From: Camelus ferus
Lineage: Eukaryota
Assembly (NCBI RefSeq): GCF_009834535.1
Contig: NC_045697.1
Location: forward strand, 33,916,001 to 33,980,000
Reading direction: 5' to 3'
Length of the DNA: 64,000 nt
Part shown: in pieces, positions 1-12,009 of the stretch
Layout of the letters: each line of letters opens with the position of its first letter
Position numbering within the stretch: the first letter of the stretch is position 1
Notes under the pieces: model-generated
Seen by the model: only the letters and a program-made list of their open reading frames with translations
The model's database searches: none
What the model was told of the DNA's origin: nothing
Position numbers and translations under genes: made by a program

Positions 1-89
1 GCTGGTTACAAAGGTAACGGAAGGACTGAGAAGCCCACAGAAGACAGTGGGACAGCTTGGAAATAAACAATGCTCAGTCTCACCTCCTG

Positions 90-210
90 GCCCATGAGTT
101 CCTTGAGGCTGGGAGGGAAAACACATTACTTGACGTTTTCTCCTCAGCATCTGGCATAATGCAATTCTTTAAATCTAGTAAACAATCATTAAATGTTGGC
201 AGAATGAATT
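90..210 (+). mobile_element. L2 LINE 3' end fragment
   Basis: atgagttccttgagg...aaatgttggcagaatgaat resembles the L2 terminus. Confidence 0.5.
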
Positions 211-1559
211 AGTCATTCTAATACCCAAAGATCTTTTGACTTGGAGGTTTCTAGAAAGCTTTCCCTGTTTCAGGCCTAACCTTTCAATATATCTTACCAT
301 GGCCACCACTTGAATTGTTTGAGCTTCTGATTATTTAGATTCTGAAATATATGGCCTTTAATCAGTCATTGTATGAAACACAAATTTTATCACGTCTATT
401 TTAAGGAATTGGATTCATTGTATGGGAAAAAATTTAAAGAAAGGGAATCTTTACAGCTTCTAAAGTAGATATGAGATTACAAATGCTGAAATTCTTAGAT
501 GGGTACAGTCTGTTTTATATAGTGAGAGCCTCCCGCTGTTCACTGCATTGGAACACAAGTTCACACTCCAGTTGTCATGTCAGTGTCATACACGCCCATG
601 TGATTTCCTTAGGTGACTCTCACTGATAGGAACCCATAACTCTCAATGTTTTTGTTCACCCACAAGATTGGTTCATTCCAAAATTGTTCAGAGCACAACA
701 CAAGATTGACAAAAACTCTGAACTATACAGATCGATAAACCAAATGGGGCTATTTAGGATGAGACAAAGGTAAAAGAAGATTATGTTCTCTAAGGCATAG
801 CACAGGCTACCGTTGGTGAAAGAAAATCAATAATAAATAAGAACATGGGCTTTGGGAAAATGAGAATGCATGTATTTTAAAGATATTGTAACAAAACATG
901 GCTAAAGGACTAAGCACAATGTATATGTGTATTGATAGTTAACATGATAGCAGATGATGTTAAGATAAAAGATTCTGGAGATACAATGATGAATTTCTGC
1001 TGCAGAATCTACTTAATGGTGACACTGATACATAAAACACATTTAAACAGGAGGTTCCATTAGAAACAGATGTTGTGTGGTTCATTTCAATTACAACCTA
1101 AATTGGTTTATTTATCAGGCGATTTTTCAGTAAACTTTGTTTTCATGAGATGCAGGTTGTGTGGGGTTCTTTTGTTTTGTTTTGCTTTGTTCTCCTATCC
1201 TTGTAAGAAGTACTACCTGTTGCCAGCATCTACATTTAGTCTCATGTTACTTTCTTGATAATTGTCATTGTGTTTGATAGAGAATTGTCTCCATAGAAGT
1301 AAATATGTTCCCCTTCTCTCTCCTTGCTCTCTTAGTTAATAAATAAAATCAAATGTGCCTCCCCCTTTTTTTCCCAGTTATTTAACATCTCTGAGTCTTA
1401 AGATTTCTAATAATACCTCCCATTTTTGAAATCAGGGCTAGATGATTGTTTGAGGTTTTCTTGGGTTTTTAAGATATGTATAATTATTGTTTAATGAGAT
1501 TCTGAAATGGATGTTGATCAGCATAAATATTATGACTTTTTTGGTTGGAGGAAATAAAG

Positions 1560-2130
1560 ATGGAACCAACTTAGCACAAGGACAGTGGGACTTGTTGTAA
1601 TAATACAAAGAGGGCTCATAGGAGGTTGAAGTACTGAACATGGCCAGGCCTCACAAGAACTAGAAAGAGGAAGCAGAAAGTCTACGTGAACTTGGTCATT
1701 CACTCTCTCTAACAATGTCAGACTCTCCCCCTTATGGCTATTTTCTGCATCTTTCTCCACTTTCTTTCTTCCTTTGCAGGCTGGCTTCCTCTTTCTATTC
1801 ATAGTCTCTCCTCTCTTATAACCTCGTAATAGCAGTGCAGTGCTAGTTCTGTCATGACCTTTGCACTTGGTCCTACATCTGCTGTCTCAGATCCTTTATC
1901 CAACAGCAAATTTCCGGGAGAGGACTCTGATTGGCACGTCTTTTTTTTTTTTTTTTTTTTTTTTTTTGGACCCAGGCACAGGTTTATCACCTGCCTATGG
2001 ATCAGCTGGTCTTAAATTAGACATTTACTCTCCATTCTGAAGGTGGAGGAGGACAGAATCCTGTGATATAGAACATGGTCATGGTCAGTCAGCAGGGCAG
2101 TTACCTGTAGGCAGGGCAGTTTCCATCACA
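1560..2130. mobile_element. Old MaLR LTR (MLT1-like) containing a T27 tract
   Basis: MLT1-like motifs (ggagaggactctgattggc; ggatcagctg); poly-T at 1941-1967. Confidence 0.45.
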
Positions 2131-2799
2131 GAATGTTCTGCAGAAGTGAGGCACAGCTCTACTACAGTCAGCCTTTGGGGAAAGCAGCCTCAGCCTTGGA
2201 AAGAGGAGATCTGAGTTCAACTGAACTGGCATAAATATTTCACAAGGAACAGGAATTTGTGCTTGGGACCCCTTATGATGTGAATAATCAAATCAATAAA
2301 AGATTAAATACAAGTGTGTGCAAGGAACTTGGTTCTTTCATACATATATACATATTTCTTGAGAGCAGTTTGTGAAGGAAGGACTGCTCATATGATCCTT
2401 CTGAGTAGGCACAATATTACTAGATGTTAAAGTAGTATTTTGTCTCTTCACTATCAAGTTAATTTGAGACATGTGCTGATTGTGGAGGCAACTAATAAGA
2501 GATTTTCACTTTTCCACCCCACTGTGAAGTCTTCTTAGAGTGCATTCTGGTAAAATGCATACCTCAGTATATTTGCCTAAACCATATAATTTTTTCCCTA
2601 TTTTGATGTTAGATAATTAATGGATTTATATCAAATGATTTTCTTACATTAAAGTGGCAAATTATAAATCATTTAAGGCTAACATTCCTTACACAAAGTT
2701 TTGAGGGGTATGTTGAAAGCTCGAATTGACATGTTAATGATGATAAAGAATTTTGAAATATTTTACTAATCCTGAAAAGAAAGATATTTTCATGTAAGG

Positions 2800-3546
2800 C
2801 AGAGTTTCTTAACCTTGACACTATGGACATTTGGAGCCAGATGATTCTTTGTTGGGGGGGCTGTGCTGTGCAGTCTGTAAGGCTGAGGAGCGTCCCTACC
2901 CTTTACCCACAGATGCTCATGTTACCTAGTTCAAGCTGGTACTGCTCACCACACGACAGGCCAATATATCAAGAGACAAGTTGTTGGGGGCAAGGAATAG
3001 TGATTTTATTCAAAAAGCCAACAGACAGAGAAGATAGCAGACTAGCATCCCAAAGAATCTTCTTCTCTGAGTTAGAATTTAGGCTTCTTTTATACTTAAA
3101 GGGAATATGGCTGGTTGTTGAAAACTTCTTGGTACTGGAATCCTTTGTTCTTGCAGCTGTCCACAGAGGGCTGGTCACAATGTTCCCATAAAACTCCAAT
3201 AAGACAACTGTTATTTTCTGTTCTGCAACTTTTTATCTCTATACAAATGAAAGAGTGTTTAATCTTTAAAGATCAAGCCCTGGAGGCACAGCATTGTGGT
3301 AGGGCCATTACTTGTATTTCAGGCCATAGGCAACATTCTCTTACAAAGGTGCGGAGACAGCATGACTAAGCACAGGCCAAGGGCACGAAGGTTAAAGCTG
3401 AAAGAATAGATCCAATATGGAGTCAGGTCTGTTCTCTGTTACACTAGTAGCACTCACATTACTCCCAGCTGTGACAACCAAAACTGTCTCCAGGCATAGC
3501 TAAATGTCCTTTAGGGGACAAAATTGCCCTGAGTTTCAAACTACTG
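2800..3546 (-). mobile_element. MER20 (hAT-Charlie) DNA transposon split by an LTR insertion (parts 2800-2919 and 3444-3546)
   Basis: cagagtttcttaaccttgacactatggacattt...acccacagatgc and tagtagcac...gtgacaaccaaaactgtctccagg...aactactg are colinear halves of the MER20 reverse complement. Confidence 0.9.
2920..3443 (-). mobile_element. ERV solo LTR (ERV1-like, 524 bp)
   Basis: TG...CA termini (TGTTACC...TGTTACA), minus-strand AATAAA at 3005-3010, and a degenerate 4-bp TSD (ctca/ctag) inside MER20. Confidence 0.8.
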
Positions 3547-3571
3547 ATCTAAAAAAAAAAATGTTACCTTT

Positions 3572-4072
3572 TTCTGTCTGACTTATTTCACTAATATAGT
3601 ACCCTCCAGGTCCACCCATGTTACAAATGGCAATACCACACCTTTATCCATTCATCTGTTGATGGACACTTAGGTTACTTCTGTATCTCAGAAAGACAAA
3701 TACTGTATGCTATCACTTATATGTGGAATCTAAAAAATAAAATATATGAATGAATATTACAAAATAGAAATAGACTCCAGGATATAGAGAACAGACTAGT
3801 GATTACCAGGGGAGAGAAGGAAGGAAGGGGAGAGGGGCAAGATACAGGAAGGGGATTAAGAGGTACAAACTACTATGTATAAAATAAAGAAGCTACAAGG
3901 ACATAATTGTACAGCACAGGGAACATAGCCAATATTTTATAATAACTTTAAATGGAGTATAATCTATAAAAATTTTGAATCACTACATTATACACCTAAA
4001 ACTAATATAATATTGTAAATCACTTATACTTCAATAAAATAAATAAGTAAATAAATAAACAAATAAAAGACC
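3572..4072 (+). mobile_element. 5'-inverted, truncated L1 3' end
   Basis: An antisense L1 segment (about 3572-3688) is joined to a sense 3'UTR (cagaaagacaaatactg...cttcaataaaa plus A-rich tail). TSD core gttaccttt at 3563-3571 and 4073-4081. Confidence 0.85.
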
Positions 4073-5295
4073 GTTACCTTTATTCTCCAAAAGAGTTACT
4101 TTCATTTACTAGACGTATTTTCATATTCCTTTCAACGTTTTTAGATTTTAAAAAGTGTGTTTTTTGGAGTTTAACTGAGCACCACTAATTTGGTATTGTC
4201 TACCCTGCTTTTCCTCAGTGGATCAGATTCTCTCATGCCTGAATTAGCCTGACCAATTTCATTAGCAATCTCATACCGGTTAATCCCATTAATTTGCCTC
4301 AGTGTCAAAGAGTCCCCTATGGCCCATAGCTTCTAAATATGTCACATTTTCTCAAAGGAGTAGCTTGCACACTTGATAAAGCTGGTTGAACACTTATAAT
4401 ACACTTGGAAAAAAAATGAATTTAGCATTCTCTGACAAAGTATCAATACCTTTAATTTCTTTCTGAAAACTTTCCATCCTCTTCGGAGTGCTCATACTTT
4501 GGACTAATGAAGTCTTAATAGAAAATCTGTTGCATCAGAGAACAAAATACAACAATTTTAAGCCTTTCTTTTCCATCTAAAAGTAGAATACACCAAAATA
4601 ATATCATAGACTTTATTATATGCAGATGTCACTATTAATATTTACAATGGGGTGCAGATAGAAAAAATAATTTACTTAAAATTCAGTAAGTAGTTTCCCA
4701 GAGACGTAAATCATAAATTCTCTCTGAAATGGTTTGCCTATCTCACCAGGTGGTGAGAACATAGTGTAATAATAGATACAAGAGGCTGAGAAAACCACAG
4801 AGCAAAGCACACTCTCTAGGAGAAGGAAGGAGATTATTGTCATGCACAAGGTAAGATATACATAGTGAGGAGATATTGCTCTCTTTTAAGTCTTTCCACA
4901 TTTTTTCATTATTATCATCACAATTATCATTAGCTTCAAAAAGTTTTTTTTAAGTTATCAAGCTCATAGGTCCATATTTCCATTTATCATGGAATCAAGC
5001 CCTAGATTAAGATAATAACCCTGGAAATGCATAAGAAGGAATGTTCTGAAAGGTGCTTGTTCCACCTTACCCACTTCCAAATGTGAGATACTGGCACACA
5101 TACATTTTCACTGAATTACTTCTTATTGCAAATAGGGTAAACTATTGCTTTAACTGAGAATCATGATGCGATTTTTAGTCAACACTTATTTAAAGCAGAG
5201 TGAGTGGTATAGAGCAAACATCTCACTACATGTGTATAGTTCTCTCTTTACAGGAGACAAAACGGTTTCCAGAGCGAGAAGGGGGAAAAGTCTAT

Positions 5296-5357
5296 ACACA
5301 GACACACAGACACAGACACAGACAGAGACACAGACACACACACACACACACACACAC
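5296..5357. repeat. Compound (CA)n/(CAGACA)n microsatellite
   Basis: Read directly. Confidence 0.95.
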
Positions 5358-5959
5358 GTACAATCTATGCAGATTACTCATGGTTACGTTCTTTTCTCCT
5401 TCCACTCTCCATTATTTACTTACCACAAACATATTTTAATTACAGCATTAATTATTACAACGTTACATTTGCCGTTTTGATCATTTGTACTTTACAATCA
5501 GTTTTCTCCCATCACACATTAACACTTTCTTTATTGAGGACAATGTGTGGAATAAGGATATTGCCTCATGGTCTCATTGTGAGGAGCTCCTCTGTGGCAC
5601 TCATGAGAGCTGGAGGTTAATGAGTATTCAGCGTTGAGTACCAAAACACATATCCCACTGCTGATTGTGCTGATCCTCGTGGCAAAATTTACAATAACAT
5701 ATCTTTAGCCAGTTGTTCATTTTCTTTCTTTGGCTGAACTGCAGAAAAGATCACAGCAACAAGACTTACAGTTGCTCACAGACGATTGCTTTTTTTCACG
5801 GTCAATAGGCTCCTTCAGCCTACTTCTTTTACAAACATCTTGTAACAAGTAGAAATGCTTATGAAAATGAATATATACACTCCAAGTAATTTGGAAGTGT
5901 GATATTAATCTTTAAATAGAAGAGAGCAACTTTGAAGATAACATATTTGTTTAGCATGT

Positions 5960-6140
5960 TACAGTTTCTAAAGTACCTGCACCATCATGTTCCCAGGTAA
6001 TACTTGCAATAAGCCAGTAAAGTGCTATTATTTTTATTTTTAGAAATGAGACATCTGAGATAGGAGGGGTTAAGTTAGTTGCCCATGGTTACTGAGCTTT
6101 ACATGTGGTAGGTTTTGTAATCAAGGTATTTTAGAATCTG
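5960..6140 (-). mobile_element. MIR SINE
   Basis: Degenerate MIR core (attatttttatttttagaaatgag...gttaagttagttgcccatggttac). Confidence 0.6.
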
Positions 6141-7616
6141 CCCAATTCATTTTCCTCCGAAAAAGGTCTGATGCTAAGAGCTTGAAGAGGATGCAAATGA
6201 GAGGGGTACCAAGGGAGAAGAGAAGTGTATATAACCCTGTGGGTTCTCTTAGTCTGTTAAATGAAGGTAAGGTAGAAGGAGGTTTCAGACCTTTAAAAGG
6301 GGTATGATATGATTAATAGCAAAAAGCAAATGTCCTTGTCATTAAACAAGAAAGAATGGCTTCAAAGTATTGCAAGATTGTTTCTGAGTGAACAGTGTAA
6401 GCGTTCTCCAGCAGAGTGGTAAAAGGACGTTGGAACTCATTATCTGGAACAAATGTTGTCTTATCATTTAAGATATTCCAGAAATGTCTAAATATCCCTC
6501 TAGGGATCTAGATGAAGTGTGGTTTGCCCAGATGTAAGACACGGTCTGAGTCAATGTTTCTCAAATAGTGGCCTATAAAACAGTGGAGTACAGAGTTGTG
6601 CAGAGATTATGCACATTTTTCTTAATTATTGCTAAAGCATTCAGAGTCATTATTGACAGATAAATGTCCTTTAAAAGAAAAAGTGAACCTTCTGTTTTTA
6701 TTATATTGGGACCCACATCTTAAGACTTTATGATTTTACTGCTACCTCTTATTCTTTTAATGGACAATTACACTGTGTATTAATAGACTTCTTTGAAAAC
6801 AGACAACTAAAGCTCTAAGGTAATTATCCACATTCCTCTCCTGTAACCTTGGCGCCTTTATTGAGTCTGAATCTTTCTGTCACTGCCAAGGGAAACTTGG
6901 GCAGAAAGAAAAGTGCAAAGGTACATCCTTAGGGTAACCTTTTACAGGAGGTGAGGAAACCAACTTAAGTACAAACCCAACTCTGAACCCAAGTCAATTC
7001 TTGAATCAAAGCAGGAATGAGTTAAGAGGGGAATAGTTGACCAGTTCCACCAGTGATGTCAGTTCTCAGGCCAAATATCTCCATCCACATGTGCTGTATC
7101 AATTACTTTTCAGGGCTGATAGACAAGTTGTAATTTGCTAGAAAGATCAAGATAATGGAAATTGAGGACCTTTATATTCATTCAAAAAAACTTTGCAGTT
7201 TGGAACACATCCTCTCCTTTTAAATGCACCCATTTTTAGTTATTATTTAACAAACAACCTCCCTCCAAAACAGTACTATAAATATGATATCCAGAGGTAG
7301 ATTTCTGTAAACATGAATGTCTAGGTCAAACTTCCCTTTATGACCTTCCCTATGATATCATTGCCTTAACTTCAAATCTTAAAATTCAAGTAAATGGATT
7401 CACTCTATATTGGCAAGAATGCCTCTGCGTGCGTTCAGTTATTGCTCTAGTACTTCTAAACTATTGGCTGTCCTGTAATTGGGGGTGCAAATTTCAATAT
7501 ATGCAAGTGAAACTTCTTAGGGAACCTGCAGAATGGTAGGTCTCTGGGCATCCACAGTACCGCAGGCTAACACATTCTGAACAAAAGGTCTTAGGTGGTG
7601 ATGATGATGGTGATAG

Positions 7617-7874
<258 letters not shown>

Positions 7875-8359
7875 TAAACAGCTCTGTGTTGCATGTTTTA
7901 TTGTCGTTGTTTGTGTTGTTGTTTTATTTTTTTTACTTTTGGAAATGAGCGGAGGGGAGAGAGGCAAGTAGGTGAATAGTCTCTTTAATCTGTACAAGAA
8001 AATTATATTAAAGATCAGAAAATCTTAGAACAATTTAAGCTAAATGTAGACAACTTTTTCCATCAAAGGTAAGTGAATTATTTGCCCTGACCTTCAAATA
8101 ATAAACAGAGGAATAAGAATATGTGTCTTGGTTAGACAGATTTCGCACCTCGCTCATCTAGAAGTTATACCTTTTTTTGGCCAATTGTTTGATTACTTCA
8201 GAGACACTCAGACTCAGTTACAATGTGTTCTAGGTATTCAGTGTAGCTACTTAATTATGAAATGGAATCGGGAAACAATATCTTGGAGAAATAGGAAAAT
8301 ACTGTGGGGCAACTTTGAGAAGATCCATAGTGATTTTATTCCTTTAAATTCTCTGTGTT

Positions 8360-8920
8360 TCCACTTTTATTTTTATGTATATGATCCACATTAAGTTGAT
8401 TTCTGTATTTTTTATGAGGTAGGGGTTGAGGTTCAATTTTTTCCATACTGCTATCTAGTTATTCTAGCACTATTTATTGAAAAGACTTTGCTTTTTCCCA
8501 TCAGATTATGTTGGTACCTTTGACTAGGTAAGTAGGGGTCTATTTCTAGGTTCCATTCTGTTCCACTGTTCTTTTTGTCCATCCTTAGACAGTATCACTC
8601 TATTTCAATCACCATAGCTATATCATAAGCCATGAAGTTACATAATGCAAGTCCTTCAACTTTATATTTACTGCATAAGATTTCTTTTGAAATTCTAGGT
8701 CCTTTGACCCTCCCTATGACTTCTAGAATCAACTTGTTGATTTCTACCAAAAAAAAAAAAAAAGCCTCCTGGAATTATAATTGCAATTGCATTGAATCTA
8801 TATGCTGGTCTGGGGAGAACTGACATTTTAAAACTGTCAAGTTTTCTAATCCATGAATATAATGTATCTTTATTTAGGTTATCTTTAATTTCTATCAGCC
8901 ATGTTTTGCATAATAGTGCA
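8360..8920 (-). mobile_element. Old L1M ORF2 fragment
   Basis: atctagttattctagcactatttattgaaaagact and gcattgaatctata...ggggagaactgacatt are typical antisense L1 ORF2 motifs. Confidence 0.8.
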
Positions 8921-9939
8921 TTTTGGTTTGTTTATTTTTGAAGAATCAAGTCTAAAAGAAGTATTACATATCGACAGAGATGTTATTAACCCTCATGCAG
9001 TTAAGGGTTTATTAAAACTTTTAGGCTACAATTCAAGTCAGCTTACAGCTTTACCAAAGGAATATTTAAATTGTGACATGTTATTGTAGAACATGTAGAG
9101 TGGTGGTTCTTTAACCTTTGTTGTCACTTTTTGTAATCCCTTTGAGAAGCTGATGAAATTTTCCTATCATTTTAGAGTGTTCATAAGCCCCCTGAAATCC
9201 TTATATAGCATCAGTGGCAAGCTAAAACTGTAGTTAAGGGCCAAAAGTCTACAATTAATGTGCGTCCAATATCCAAAATCAATATGCAAGTGAAGAGAAT
9301 GTATCTATATGATAAAACTTTTGAATGTAACCTAATGGTGCGTTATTTAGTTGATAGCTTTGGTCTTCATTTGCACAGTAAAATAGCATCAGTTGATCTT
9401 GGCAAAATGATCTTTGGAATTTTCCCATTCTTTCAGTACCCTAGGAGCTGTCAGCTCTAGCTAAAAATCTCTGACCTAAAATCCTCTCAGAAAACTGGTG
9501 AATAAACTAACAATTCCCTTGAGTATACTGATACAGTAATACACAAAAATCTACCAATTCAAGAGCCGTGGTGATCATTAGTGGTGGTTCAGACACTGGA
9601 AATCAATTGTAATTTTTTACTACCTATGTATCTTCTATTATATATAACTAAAGTATGAAGTGATGAAATGTCTTTCTAAAGTATGTTGGAAGAATAATAC
9701 TATGACCCAACTTTGTAGGTTGATCAACCACAACATGTATATTCACTATAAGTGATTAATCAAGAGTGTATGAAAAGTTATTTTGTTTAAAAAAAAAAAA
9801 AGGAGTAGTTTTTTTGCAAGCAAAAATATGGGTTGTACTCTCAACTTACAGAGTCTCACTCCAGGCAGTTTCTAAATGATTGGCAGTCTCTACCAATGGT
9901 AGTGCTGCATAGGAAGAAACATATTTGAGAACCATAAAA

Positions 9940-10960
9940 TTGAACACACTTCATTTTAAACTGAGAAACTAAGGCACAAAGAGAGCAAGGGTCTGATCTA
10001 AGGGCACACAAGATAATGACAAAATTAGGACTAAAATCCAGGTATCCTGATGCCCATACCTGTGCTTTTCTCACCTCACTGTCTTTCAAATACTCTTAGA
10101 AGTCAGCACTTTCTTCCTAGTTGATAACATTGCTTTCACTCTTTGGAGCCAACCCAGGTCTTTGTAGCTAGGAGACTTCCAACAGATCTCCCAAAGGAAA
10201 ACACAAATCCTTCATCTGTTATCCGGACTCTGATCTCTTTCTTGCCACAGTTTTCTCCATGAGAACCTCACACCAGTTCTGGTATCTTTCCTCTCCTTCC
10301 CTGCCTTCCTCTCTATCTTGTCCCTCACAGCTTTAGTTTTCTTTTCCCTAGAGGTTATAAGTATCCTGGAGAAACCATAAGGTATCACAAAAAAAGCATG
10401 ACGTCTGAATTCAGAGCACCAAAGTTGGGCTCAAACTGTCACCATTTTCTGATTGCTTGACCTTGAACAAGTGATATAAATTTACGGAAACTTACTTAGT
10501 TTTATCATCTGCAATAATGAGCTAATAACCCCTGATTCATTATTGGGGAGTTCTTAAGAAATAATGAATATGTTAATACATGGTAAATACTAAATTATAT
10601 TTTTCTAAAGTTATTGTGCCTGAGATAGCTTTATTAAGTATTAAAATAACTGTGTGCTGAGGGTGGTTCTCTAACTCCCAGGGGTGTCCGTGACCAGAAC
10701 AGAGACACTGCTGCCCAACTGAGAAAACATTCATTGAGTGCCTATTATGTACAATACACCCTGGGAATAATTCTCCAGAAGTCTGGTAGAAATTTGTCAC
10801 GTGGCGAGTGGAAGCACGTGAGACTTTGAGTCAAAGAGACTCGTGGTCTGACTAGGTTTTGCCCTTTCCTCTCTCTGGACTTCAGATTTCTCAACCTCAA
10901 AGAGAAAGGAATTGGACAAAATCATCCCTAAATTCTCCTGCAAACCTAAATTTTGCTGCT
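9940..10960. mobile_element. Cluster of three MIR fragments (about 9940-10080 minus; 10380-10590 plus; 10800-10960 plus)
   Basis: MIR cores such as gagaaactaaggcaca, tgaccttgaacaagt...tcatctgcaataatga and ctctctggacttcagatttctc. Confidence 0.65.
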
Positions 10961-11315
10961 TCTACGATCCTATATTATGGCTTGCTCATTTTAGGTCCTC
11001 TGCGATAACATTTCCTAGGCCTAGAAAGGACAATCTGCACTTTTTTTTGTAAATTGCCTTTTCTGGAGTAACTGCCATCTATTGCTTCCTAAGCACATGC
11101 ACTAGAAAGTCCTTGTAGTATAACATAGATATTTACATATTTATGGCTGCACTTACTGTAGAGAATGAAAGTTCTTCACTTATCCATAATTCCAGCTAAT
11201 AGTCATCATGAAATGAGACCATGCATTAATGAATTGTTTTTAGCAATGATGGGATCAATGAGATTTTCTGAATGCAATTGAAAGCATTTTTCCCCCCATG
11301 GATGCAGAAAAAATT

Positions 11316-11430
11316 ATTTTATTTTATTTTATTTTATTTTATTTTATTTTATTTTATTTTATTTTATTTTATTTTATTTTATTTTATTTTATTTTATTTT
11401 ATTTTATTTTATTTTATTTTATTTTATTTT
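11316..11430. repeat. Pure (ATTTT)23 pentanucleotide repeat
   Basis: 115 bp uninterrupted, abutting an L1 terminus. Confidence 0.97.
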
Positions 11431-11470
11431 TATTGAAGTGTAGATGATTTACAATGTTAGTCACCTGAAA
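11431..11470 (-). mobile_element. Extremely truncated L1 3' terminus
   Basis: tattgaagtgtagatgatttacaatgttag is the same terminal motif as the other young L1s in the window. Confidence 0.75.
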
Positions 11471-12009
11471 ACCTTTTTAACCAGGAACTCCATAATCATA
11501 AGACCATATCATTTAACTGAATCAAATTTTTGCTACATTAAATTTCAGTAGGAGGTGCTATAACTTGGCTCATATAAAGCCACAAGAATAGAGTTAGTTG
11601 TTTTTTATTTTTGTGAACTGTGTCAAAATCATATTTTATACCTCAGGGATGGCGCACAGCTGTGTAAACACCCTAAAAGAAGAGAGTGGTGTCTGATGGG
11701 GGCCTGGCACTTCTAGAAGAGCCAGGCTACTGTGCAACGGGCATTCAGCACATAGAAGAGACTGTAATCCGCTGTGTTCTTACTCTTGGATTACCCTCAC
11801 TGCCACAAAATGCGTTACACCAGGGAATTGTCCTGCAATTACTATTACCTCCTCTTCCACTTTGCTGAGGATCTGGATAAAGGGTGGATGTCTGTGATGT
11901 GGTGTAAGATGTGGCAGGAGACAGGACTTATGTTGGTGGTCTATGAACCCTCCACCTTGATCCTGTCAAGGGACATAATGTCATTTCCTTTCTTACTCAG
12001 AAGTGGAGA

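Noticed and set aside
2823..3369. ORFs of 76-122 aa
   Set aside because: They run across MER20 and LTR sequence.
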